Positions 9,697 to 17,646 of a DNA stretch of 64,000 bases are shown here, in pieces. The first letter of the stretch is position 1; the number at the start of each line of letters is the position of its first letter. The notes under the pieces are model-generated. The model searched no databases. It had not been told where the DNA came from and saw only the letters and a list, made by a program, of their open reading frames with translations. Source of the DNA: a virus (Duplodnaviria > Caudoviricetes); the IMG/VR virus record IMGVR_UViG_3300035696_000029, positions 19,819 through 83,818 of that record. One strand, 5' to 3'. A program made the position numbers and the translations under genes.

Positions 9697-10281
9697 TTAA
9701 TCAACGATATTATTTCGCCAATTTAGAAGTTGATCTTGGTCAATTTTAATACGCTTCCGGCCAGGTGTAAGATCTGTTAGTTCTTCATTACTTACAGCTT
9801 TATAAATCCGGTGCCTTGAGACACCAGCAATTTGAGCGGCTCTAGGAACACCAATAGGCCGTTTCTTCCGAACAATAGGAGAAGGGACAGACTCAATCGA
9901 TTTCAATTCTGGAACGAGTTCAGAAGGAGGAGCAGGTTCGGAAGAAGAAGATTCCAACCGACGGAACTCATCATATTTGGCATAATAGCCTAAAATTCGG
10001 TTGGATTCTCCGTTGCCATAAGTTGACTTGTGCCATCTGTCATAAAGTTTGTGGTCTGTCAGTTCAATTCCTTGAAGTTTAGCAGCCGCATTGGCATTTG
10101 GACGTGTAGCTCTTGGATCTAGAAAACAAGCCAATTTTTCAATACGGGGATAAACATCTAATTTCCAATCTTTTCGTTGGGGTTCAAGAATTCCTATCAT
10201 AGCTGCCGCAACATTAAAAACCTTCAATGCTGGATCGGCACTGTAATTCAGACATTTGCGTGGTTGGTTATAGCGTGACAT
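9697..10281 (-). CDS. DNA-binding protein with C-terminal excisionase/MerR-type HTH
   Basis: C-terminal IGVPRAAQIAGVSRHRIYKAVSNEEL...RIKIDQDQLLNW. Confidence 0.65.
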   Translation of the reverse strand: MSRYNQPRKCLNYSADPALKVFNVAAAMIGILEPQRKDWKLDVYPRIEKLACFLDPRATRPNANAAAKLQGIELTDHKLYDRWHKSTYGNGESNRILGYYAKYDEFRRLESSSSEPAPPSELVPELKSIESVPSPIVRKKRPIGVPRAAQIAGVSRHRIYKAVSNEELTDLTPGRKRIKIDQDQLLNWRNNIVD

Positions 10282-10327
10282 ACCAATTGATACCTCAAAA
10301 TTTCACAAAATCAAATTAAAGAAATTT

Positions 10328-11128
10328 TTAGTTGCACCAGCTATTCGACAATCGTCCATCTGGAAACAGTGTCAATTTCTGTCCTGTCTTATAAACTGCT
10401 CTATCTTCACCATACAACAAACGAATCTTAAAAGACAGGTCTAATTTGTTCATCGATTTGCACAACTTCACAATCTTCTTCATCTCCTCTTCAGGAGGAG
10501 CTAACTCTTTATCAATCTCATCTTGCATATCCCGTACAGGCCAAACCGAAACGCTATCGGCACCGTAGAACTTAAGCACGTTTATGGTTTCTTCCAGATC
10601 CCAACAGGTAGCAATCGTATTCTTGCAAAGAACTATGTTAGCTCTTATGGCGAGATCAACAGCATGAATTCTACTGAACATCATCAAGAATGAAGGATAG
10701 CTGTCTACTCCATAAGCTACAGCATTATGTCTCTCGCTAGCATTGTGAACAGTTATGTAGATTGTGGTCAAACCTAGTGCTCTCCACCGAGGCAGCCAAG
10801 TGTTACAGAATTCTTCGTTTCCCAAAAGGATGCCATTCGTATACAAATTCACAGGATTGAATTCCATGCCTCGTTGTTTAAACTCTTGAATGATTTCCAA
10901 AGTTGCTGTCACTGAGAGAGGAGACAATGTAGGTTCACCGCTACTGGTCAAAGAGAGATACCGTGCTCCTTTGTCGTAGCAGTATTCTAGAGTCTTGCTA
11001 ATCAGGTTACGATCGATTACACCGTCTTCTTTAGCTGCAAACTTCCTAATCGGCACACCAGCACAATGAGCGCAACGGGCATTACACTGCCCTGTTCCTA
11101 CAAACAATCCTAGACTATTGAGTTTCAT
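10328..11128 (-). CDS. Radical SAM protein (1 of 3)
   Basis: CxxxCxxC motif CNARCAHC; SLTSSGEPT; TNG motif. Confidence 0.9.
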   Translation of the reverse strand: MKLNSLGLFVGTGQCNARCAHCAGVPIRKFAAKEDGVIDRNLISKTLEYCYDKGARYLSLTSSGEPTLSPLSVTATLEIIQEFKQRGMEFNPVNLYTNGILLGNEEFCNTWLPRWRALGLTTIYITVHNASERHNAVAYGVDSYPSFLMMFSRIHAVDLAIRANIVLCKNTIATCWDLEETINVLKFYGADSVSVWPVRDMQDEIDKELAPPEEEMKKIVKLCKSMNKLDLSFKIRLLYGEDRAVYKTGQKLTLFPDGRLSNSWCN

Positions 11129-11129
11129 T

Positions 11130-11591
11130 TTACAATTTTAATCGTGCAGCTTCTTGAAGAAGCTTATCTTTCACTTGAGCACGTTCGAATTCTCTTTCTG
11201 CACGAGCCTGTTGATGCTTCTTTTGTCGAGCTAATCGAGTTGCAATTCGTTGTTTGTTTGCTATCAAATGTCGCAATTTCTTCTGCCATTCGGGAGAAAA
11301 GTCGGAATATCTTACATTACACTCTTTGATGTCCCACCATTCAACATCAAATACTAAAGAACCTTTGTACCAAATCTTAATGTTATCACCACCAAACATG
11401 GTGTAACCGCTCTCCCTGTAGAAAGTAAAATCGAAGAAATCGCTTAGTTCAGCTTTAGTATGAGTATAGCACGATTCTACCTTTTCATACAGGATAACTC
11501 CACGTTCTCGCACAATTGTGTCGACATAATTTATGATTTTTTCAACTTGTTTCTGTCGCTCCACAATTCGTTTTGCAGTTACTTCATACAT
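11130..11591 (-). CDS. Hypothetical protein
   Basis: Track ORF 11130..11612. The ATG at 11591 (MYEVT...) overlaps the end of the upstream radical SAM gene and is the likelier start. Confidence 0.6.
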   Translation of the reverse strand: MYEVTAKRIVERQKQVEKIINYVDTIVRERGVILYEKVESCYTHTKAELSDFFDFTFYRESGYTMFGGDNIKIWYKGSLVFDVEWWDIKECNVRYSDFSPEWQKKLRHLIANKQRIATRLARQKKHQQARAEREFERAQVKDKLLQEAARLKL

Positions 11592-12481
11592 AGAGCACCT
11601 TCTCGAATCCAACTATAAGCAACCGTACCATCTTGAAATACTACCAACTGCCTTACGAAATCTTTCTTAGGATCATGGCGAGTGACATAATCAGTTATCC
11701 GTAGGATGCTTCCATGATAATCATATACTCCGCCACCCCAAACATGCCCATGACAAAGCACGGCATTCTTAGCGAGCCAGCGTCTAATGGACCACAGTCC
11801 CATTCTTGAAGGAGTATATTCATTCCGAGAACCATCTGGGTTTCCAATAGGCCAAGAAGTGATATTATCTAAACCTAGAATCTGTAAGCAGCGTACAGCA
11901 TGATGATAGCTCTCAGCATCATCCACCCCGCCTTTGCGTAGCAATAAAGTACAGCGAACACCTACGCCATGCTTACGAATGTGGTCGGCTATCAATTGAA
12001 ACGGTGGAAAGGACTTTAATCCGTAAGCTTTGGCTTGCTCATCCAAATCAATAGCATGAACCGAGAAAGCAACATTTGTTAATCCAAGTTTTCTCCAGAG
12101 AGGTAGCCACTTATCGGAATATTCAGCAGAAGCAAATAGGATACCGTTGGTGAACAGATTAACATTAGGAAAGTAGGCTCCTTCTTTTGCACACTTGTCG
12201 TAAACTTGAAGAGCCTTAGTAATGGAGTCAGGTGAGCAAGTGGGTTCTCCGCTGCTCGTTAAAGACAGAGACCAACCGCCGTAACGTGCCGATAACTTGA
12301 TGGCTGATTCGTAGTTCTTCCAAAAAATAGGACTGTCGGGATTGGCTTCAGGTCGAAGATATCTTCCAGCGCAAAATGCACAATTACCATTACAAGCAGC
12401 AGAACCAATTACTGCCGATACACTATAGATTTTTTCGATACAAGCCACTAATACACTCCTAATCCGGTAGTCTTTTGACAA
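11579..12481 (-). CDS. Radical SAM protein (2 of 3), paralogue of 10328..11128
   Basis: CNGNCAFC; SLTSSGEPT, NVNLFTNGIL and WLPLWRKLGLT closely match the first enzyme. Confidence 0.9.
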   Translation of the reverse strand: MSKDYRIRSVLVACIEKIYSVSAVIGSAACNGNCAFCAGRYLRPEANPDSPIFWKNYESAIKLSARYGGWSLSLTSSGEPTCSPDSITKALQVYDKCAKEGAYFPNVNLFTNGILFASAEYSDKWLPLWRKLGLTNVAFSVHAIDLDEQAKAYGLKSFPPFQLIADHIRKHGVGVRCTLLLRKGGVDDAESYHHAVRCLQILGLDNITSWPIGNPDGSRNEYTPSRMGLWSIRRWLAKNAVLCHGHVWGGGVYDYHGSILRITDYVTRHDPKKDFVRQLVVFQDGTVAYSWIREGALCMK

Positions 12482-12791
12482 CTAAAAATGTATCGTGATC
12501 GAAGTCGCAATCCTGAGTATGCCCAGTGGTGTACTGGACTATACAATGCATTCCTACCCAGACAGGCGGAGCACCTTGTAGCCGCATTGGAATTGAAAAT
12601 ACTTCGCCACTTTCTTTTTCAAAGACGACGGTATATTCGCATCCCGCATTGCAACAAGATCCTCCGCCCCAAACGGATCTTACCCATCCTGTTGCTTGAT
12701 TATTGGACGAACTTCTAGTTTCATCCACGTTATCGCAAGAGCAAAAGGTGCCGATTAACACCATAACTGCCAGAATCAGAAATCTACGCAT
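12459..12791 (-). CDS. Putative lipoprotein or exported protein
   Basis: N-terminal MRRFLILAVMVLIGTFCSC: basic residues, hydrophobic core, then Cys; Cys-rich mature part. Confidence 0.55.
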   Translation of the reverse strand: MRRFLILAVMVLIGTFCSCDNVDETRSSSNNQATGWVRSVWGGGSCCNAGCEYTVVFEKESGEVFSIPMRLQGAPPVWVGMHCIVQYTTGHTQDCDFDHDTFLVVKRLPD

Positions 12792-12815
12792 TTCGATTTT
12801 CTCCCTTTCCTATTG

Positions 12816-13637
12816 TTACAACCACTGTTCCTGAATCCTTCCTCCTGGGAAATAGCTCTGTTCGTGTACTTCACCCTTATCGTCGTGTCCTTTGGTAATA
12901 GGGTAAATTAAGCTGATTCTCCCATTAGCATATAGGTTAATACTCTCAACTTCCACATAATGGACATCCCAATAGGTCACCTGCAGCCCCTTCCAACGAT
13001 ACGTGGGCATCCCTAGTGTATGATGATCAAACTTCTCAGCTGGCATCGGGTTGCCTATGTGTGGTTGACCATAAGGCTCACGGATATTTACTCGTATAAT
13101 ATCCATGCCGGACAGAATGTCTAAGGTTTTAAAGATGTCCCCGTTATCGACATTTTCCGGTCCCATCACAATGTTGACTTTGATGGGCATCTTAGGATGA
13201 TTTTTCAGAATACGAGTTATATTTGGAGGCTCGCCCGAACCCATCATCTTACGATAGATTTCCTTATCAAATGAGCAGACAGTAATGCTGGCTTTGTCGT
13301 AATCGCCAAAGATAGCTCGATTGTACAGAATCCCATTGGTACGGATAGCAATAGGTACTACGATTTGGAAACGAATCTCGGACAAAAGTTCAAATGTCTT
13401 AGTGTAAAGTAGGGGATCTGTATTGGTGCCCGTAACACAGATTTCTTTGACTTTGCGCTTGATGCATTCTTCTAGGAATTGGGACAAATTGTCGGGCAAT
13501 TTGTTCAGATTATTCAAGGAATCCAGAGCCATCATGTGCTGTCCTATGCAAAAATAGCATGAACGATTACAAGGTCCGGAGAGATGGATGTTACCGAACC
13601 AATGCTTAAATTGGCCCTCGTCGTTCAAACAGCCCAT
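12816..13637 (-). CDS. Radical SAM protein (3 of 3)
   Basis: CNRSCYFC; ICVTGTNTDPLL; IRTNG; more divergent from the other two. Confidence 0.9.
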   Translation of the reverse strand: MGCLNDEGQFKHWFGNIHLSGPCNRSCYFCIGQHMMALDSLNNLNKLPDNLSQFLEECIKRKVKEICVTGTNTDPLLYTKTFELLSEIRFQIVVPIAIRTNGILYNRAIFGDYDKASITVCSFDKEIYRKMMGSGEPPNITRILKNHPKMPIKVNIVMGPENVDNGDIFKTLDILSGMDIIRVNIREPYGQPHIGNPMPAEKFDHHTLGMPTYRWKGLQVTYWDVHYVEVESINLYANGRISLIYPITKGHDDKGEVHEQSYFPGGRIQEQWL

Positions 13638-13646
13638 GATTCCCTT

Positions 13647-13823
13647 TTATTGATCCCTTGGTATAAGTTTGACGATATCTGTTAATTCGTTATAAAGTTG
13701 TAACGCTGTTTCTTTGATTGCTTTCAACATTTCAGGACTATTATCCTTCTCAGGATCTATCATAGCAAAAGCTGAAGCTATGCCGCAAGCTTTGAGAAGT
13801 CGTTCTCTAACTGGATTAGACAT
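13647..13823 (-). CDS. Small hypothetical protein (58 aa, not in track)
   Basis: Hand-translated MSNPVRERLLKACGIASAFAMIDPEKD...LIPRDQ*; GAGAGG Shine-Dalgarno and a promoter motif lie upstream. Confidence 0.6.
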   Translation of the reverse strand: MSNPVRERLLKACGIASAFAMIDPEKDNSPEMLKAIKETALQLYNELTDIVKLIPRDQ

Positions 13824-13840
13824 TGTTTTCCTCTCAAAAT

Positions 13841-13870
13841 TATACTACGGATGCAGTTGTTCAAATAGCT
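13841..13870 (-). promoter_or_regulatory. Putative promoter, class TTT-N13-CGTAGTAT(A/C)
   Basis: AGCTATTT-N13-CGTAGTATA; same spacing as the sites at 17091, 36311 and 37138. Confidence 0.5.
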
Positions 13871-14319
13871 ACTAACGGCTTCCTGTTGATTGTGCCACGG
13901 CACCTTTTCGATCCGCAATTGCAAGGGACTACAGGAATCTTTTTATTGGGAAGATCATATTTGTAATCGATGGTTAGCTCTTCACCTTTTCGAATTGAAC
14001 GCAAGCTGTAATAGAAAACGCGCTTCCCAAGAAAGCGAACTTCCAAATTTGGATTGCAAGAATGGTTTATAAATTCCGCACCACTTCCACCTGTTGAACC
14101 ATCTAAATTCCAGTAGTCATTAATCTTCCAAGTATAACGAGGAGACCAACCTTGTTTTAATTTCTCTGCATATTGATGACGATTTAGTAATTGCCCTGTA
14201 TGTTCGATTATGGGTTTACCTGCTTTTACATATTGTTGAGCAGTAATACCCCAACGATGTATGGGTGATCTGAAGATCTTCATCTTCACAAAGGTATAAT
14301 CAGGATTGATATTAGGCAT
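13861..14319 (-). CDS. SET-domain protein-lysine methyltransferase with post-SET zinc motif
   Basis: SPIHRWGITA, FINHSCNPN, GEELTIDY and post-SET CNCGSKRCRG. Confidence 0.92.
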   Translation of the reverse strand: MPNINPDYTFVKMKIFRSPIHRWGITAQQYVKAGKPIIEHTGQLLNRHQYAEKLKQGWSPRYTWKINDYWNLDGSTGGSGAEFINHSCNPNLEVRFLGKRVFYYSLRSIRKGEELTIDYKYDLPNKKIPVVPCNCGSKRCRGTINRKPLVAI

Positions 14320-14340
14320 CGATTGTTTAACCTATGCTAT

Positions 14341-14463
14341 CTATAATTTTACCCCGTGAAAAATAAGCCATCCCTTGAATACAAGAACTGCTGCACCTAA
14401 GAGCGCAATGATAATCATGACGATAAAAGAGCCGTCAATTCCTTTTGGACTAAAGTATTTCAC
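14341..14463 (-). CDS. Small single-pass membrane protein (40 aa, not in track)
   Basis: Hand-translated from GTG: MKYFSPKGIDGSFIVMIIIALLGAAVLVFKGWLIFHGVKL*; AGGA upstream. Confidence 0.5.
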   Translation of the reverse strand: MKYFSPKGIDGSFIVMIIIALLGAAVLVFKGWLIFHGVKL

Positions 14464-14668
14464 GATCTTATCCTACTCAGAACTATGAAACCTGCAACCG
14501 TCAGGAACAGAATCTTTCGCAAGATCTGCGCATCCCTGGCAATGTTCTCCCGACTCATGAGTATGATCGTCAAGCGGAACATTGGGAGCTACAGGTTCAA
14601 CGGCTGCTTCTGGCGTAAGGTATCCAGAATCTGCTACTCATTTTGCCCTCTTTTACTAAGAATACTGC

Positions 14669-16006
14669 TTACCCCGCTATGGCTGCCCGTTTCTTATACG
14701 GCTTCCGCTGCTTAGGCACAATTGCACGATTCAAGAAGCAATCTTTCAATTGCTTCAAACGATTTCGCGCTCGATTAAAGTCCTGTTCGGTCATGCCTAA
14801 TTCTCGTTGTGCTTCACCAAAGGTTCCTGTGCTAGCTATGGCTTCGATAACAGCCAACATAGAAGGATCTTCAGACTCGACAAATCGTCTGTATTCGGAC
14901 AAGAACAATTTCTGTTCATGCTGACGACGATCGCGCATAGTAATGTGCATAAGATGTTCGGAATTTGTATGCACATATTCATCATCCACAACTTCGTAGT
15001 TCTCAGGATCCATCTGTGACGAAAGGATGCAATTGCCCGGTCGACAGATAGGATTCTTATTTTGCTTACTCACAATGGTGTTAAAGCGATTGCTCAAACA
15101 CATGTTGATGTAATTGCGGAACCGCTTCTCACTGGCTCCGTATTGAAGGATAGGATTAAAGGTCTCGACAACATCAGTACAACCTGCCACACGACCGTTG
15201 TAACCTACGGTACGAGACTTGGATCGTTCGGGAAGATACTTCATGTGCTGATACAATTCCATTTCCCAATCTTCAACGTCAGCGTCTACAATATTCTTAT
15301 GGAGCCGCTTTTTGACCCAGTTGCGAATGTAATGAGGATACCGCTCCCAAAACTCCTCAAAATTGAGAGGTACACGGAAGCCATCGTCACCAATGAAGTG
15401 CCCGGTAATGGGGTCTCGAGTAAACTTGTCACCTGTATAAGTAGGACTGGTTTCTACGTTTACAGGAGTAGTTTTGACTGCTAAAGTTTCTAAGATACGA
15501 TTGTCTATATCTTCTGCATTGGTGAGAATGGAGACTTCGGGTCGTTCATCATTAAGAAGACGATCTTTATCTTGGCCAGGGAAGATACTGTCAACTTCGT
15601 AAACACCTTGATCAACAGTGCCAGTGAGAGTGCCGACTATGGACAAACCCCATGGCGGTAGTCCAGTAATCCGTAGACCGCCTGTCCATTTGACTACCAA
15701 GGCATCTTTGTAGGTGAACTTACCTTCTTTGACTTCTTCAACCCAAACAGCATATTTGGGTATTGTCCGATTAGCCCAATACTTCTTACTACGACTAATG
15801 GGTAACTCCTGCCAATAGTTAATCTTACGAGCAGGTTCCAACGTATCCGGATGGTCAAGGCGAGAACCAAAGGTTCCTTCGGCTAGCGGATTGTATGCAA
15901 ATTTTAAGAGTACAGCTTCTTCGATAAGAAAATTGTGTAACTTGAGCCTTATATTATACTTGGGGTTTACTACTCTAAAGACGGACGTTGCCAATACGGC
16001 TTTCAT
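14669..16006 (-). CDS. RNA polymerase sigma-factor-like protein with an N-terminal extension
   Basis: Region-2-like HYIRNWVKKRL...DVEDWEMELYQHM and FRNYINMCLSNRFNTI; region-4-like HTH TFGEAQRELGMTEQDFNRARNRLKQL. Confidence 0.55.
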   Translation of the reverse strand: MKAVLATSVFRVVNPKYNIRLKLHNFLIEEAVLLKFAYNPLAEGTFGSRLDHPDTLEPARKINYWQELPISRSKKYWANRTIPKYAVWVEEVKEGKFTYKDALVVKWTGGLRITGLPPWGLSIVGTLTGTVDQGVYEVDSIFPGQDKDRLLNDERPEVSILTNAEDIDNRILETLAVKTTPVNVETSPTYTGDKFTRDPITGHFIGDDGFRVPLNFEEFWERYPHYIRNWVKKRLHKNIVDADVEDWEMELYQHMKYLPERSKSRTVGYNGRVAGCTDVVETFNPILQYGASEKRFRNYINMCLSNRFNTIVSKQNKNPICRPGNCILSSQMDPENYEVVDDEYVHTNSEHLMHITMRDRRQHEQKLFLSEYRRFVESEDPSMLAVIEAIASTGTFGEAQRELGMTEQDFNRARNRLKQLKDCFLNRAIVPKQRKPYKKRAAIAG

Positions 16007-16112
16007 AAGCCTCCCAAAAAGTACAACGAGTATGATTTAGTACCGCATTACAGAGAAGTTCTCACTTATACGCCTAAAAACTTTGAAAGTAAAGGGAAAT
16101 AAGGAAATTCCC

Positions 16113-16340
16113 TCAGTTATTCTTTAGATTCTCTCTTACTGCTGCCATGAAAGTAAGCGCCAACAGGTCTTTTTCGCAGCAGCCATAGCGCCACTTACCT
16201 GTTTCAGGAATGTACTCTTTGATTGGCGCTGCATCTTTCTTCAAGATCCAAACAGTGTGACCACGCATATAAAACAGAGCAGTACTAAGAAAGATTTTCG
16301 CTTTCTTAAATTCTGCTCTGATTATTTCCACGATCACCAT
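16113..16340 (-). CDS. Hypothetical protein
   Basis: 75-aa ORF co-oriented and tightly packed with its neighbours. Confidence 0.5.
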   Translation of the reverse strand: MVIVEIIRAEFKKAKIFLSTALFYMRGHTVWILKKDAAPIKEYIPETGKWRYGCCEKDLLALTFMAAVRENLKNN

Positions 16341-16343
16341 TTC

Positions 16344-16865
16344 TCAGTTTCCCGTACCTTCATTGAAGAACTTGTTCAGTGCTTCGGCAAGTCGCCATGG
16401 GCTGCCCTCGTCATACGGGAATGAATATGGGTATGTCCAGGGAGGTTCAACTTTAGCAGGTCCATAACACGCGGCCATGATGTCGTAAAGTTGCTTTTCA
16501 GTGATGCTCCGTTTTACTTCTTTTTGCATCGTCTCCGCAGAGTGGACAGACTTCTCTGCTGGCTTCCAAGATCTTCGTAGAAAATTCTTGGTATCATGTT
16601 TCCAGAAATTGTACCAGCGACTGAATGGGCAGAAGAAAATGTCTTCATGCATTTGTGAAGGCGGTCGTCCCCAAGGGTAAACTTTGGGTGTTAGAAGTCC
16701 TCCACACTGGCAGCGAAAACATTCACATTGCCAGAAACGAACGGTAGTTTCATCTATAGGCTGATTTTTACAATCGGGGCACCAATGACTGTAGGTTCCC
16801 TCAAGTATTTTCCCATAAAGTTCCGTGCATTCGGTAAACCATTCTTTAGACCAAGGTGCGCTCAT
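16344..16865 (-). CDS. Cys/Trp-rich hypothetical protein (possible zinc binder)
   Basis: HWCPDC and CECFRCQCG motifs. Confidence 0.55.
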   Translation of the reverse strand: MSAPWSKEWFTECTELYGKILEGTYSHWCPDCKNQPIDETTVRFWQCECFRCQCGGLLTPKVYPWGRPPSQMHEDIFFCPFSRWYNFWKHDTKNFLRRSWKPAEKSVHSAETMQKEVKRSITEKQLYDIMAACYGPAKVEPPWTYPYSFPYDEGSPWRLAEALNKFFNEGTGN

Positions 16866-16876
16866 GCATTTATCCT

Positions 16877-17056
16877 TTAGTTGACATAAATTACTTCATC
16901 TACGCAATCAACCTGAAAGACATTTCCATCTTTATCTTGATACTTCTTTCCAGCCCTATAGGAACCAGGCAGTTCCTTGCAAGTTGCATAGATGCGTTTT
17001 GCTTCACTCCAAAAATTAGCAGGACAATAGACTTGAGATGGAAGTAATTCAGACAC
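16877..17056 (-). CDS. Small hypothetical protein (59 aa, not in track)
   Basis: Hand-translated from GTG: MSELLPSQVYCPANFWSEAKRIY...DEVIYVN*; GGGGG upstream; fills the gap after the promoter at 17091. Confidence 0.5.
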   Translation of the reverse strand: MSELLPSQVYCPANFWSEAKRIYATCKELPGSYRAGKKYQDKDGNVFQVDCVDEVIYVN

Positions 17057-17090
17057 AGAACCCCCGAAAATGAACTTCTACCTTCATTTT

Positions 17091-17120
17091 GATACTACGG
17101 AGGAGGAAAACGAAAGGGTT
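17091..17120 (-). promoter_or_regulatory. Putative promoter, class TTT-N13-CGTAGTAT(A/C)
   Basis: AACCCTTT-N13-CGTAGTATC. Confidence 0.55.
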
Positions 17121-17562
17121 AGGATTCTTGCGATTTACCAGTACGATCGACTAAAATAGCTAAACTGGTCTTCATGTCGGCTGCAATTTCTAGGTGTTTG
17201 CCTTGCATTTCAATTAGACGATCCAACTTAACATTTTGCTGCCCGACTCCAGCTTCGATGTGAGAGAGATGATTTGTATCTAAGACGCCGACTTCCCTTA
17301 AAATTTGTTGCGCTTTTTCATCGCCTTCTTTTTTAGCAGTTTCTACTGCTGATAAAGCCAACTTTTTGGCATCTTCAATAGTTTTAAGAGTTGTCTGTGC
17401 CAGTTGACGATCGCTATTTTGATTCGTTAAGAAGTTGTCAAATGCTCCTCTAGCTTTCCAAGCGAGAGCAGAGCAATAAACAGCGCAAGCGCATAAAACG
17501 CTCCAACCAACTGTAGGCATTCGGGCATCTATAGCATTCCACACTGACGGGGCATCTAGCAT
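17119..17562 (-). CDS. Membrane-anchored coiled-coil protein, holin-like
   Basis: One N-terminal hydrophobic segment (VGWSVLCACAVYCSALAW) then a coiled coil; lies downstream of the terminase. The holin role is a guess. Confidence 0.35.
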   Translation of the reverse strand: MLDAPSVWNAIDARMPTVGWSVLCACAVYCSALAWKARGAFDNFLTNQNSDRQLAQTTLKTIEDAKKLALSAVETAKKEGDEKAQQILREVGVLDTNHLSHIEAGVGQQNVKLDRLIEMQGKHLEIAADMKTSLAILVDRTGKSQES

Positions 17563-17646
17563 ATGTTTGTCTTAGCTTTCTAAGTTATTGGAAGTGAATA
17601 CACCTTAAACAAAATCTCCCTGTATATAGTGTAGAAAATCAAAAAT

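Noticed and set aside
10328-13637. 7-deazaguanine DNA modification (QueE) or RiPP/SPASM cluster
   Set aside because: No QueC, QueD, FolE or DpdA gene in the window, no SPASM Cys array and no clear precursor peptide. Left as unknown.
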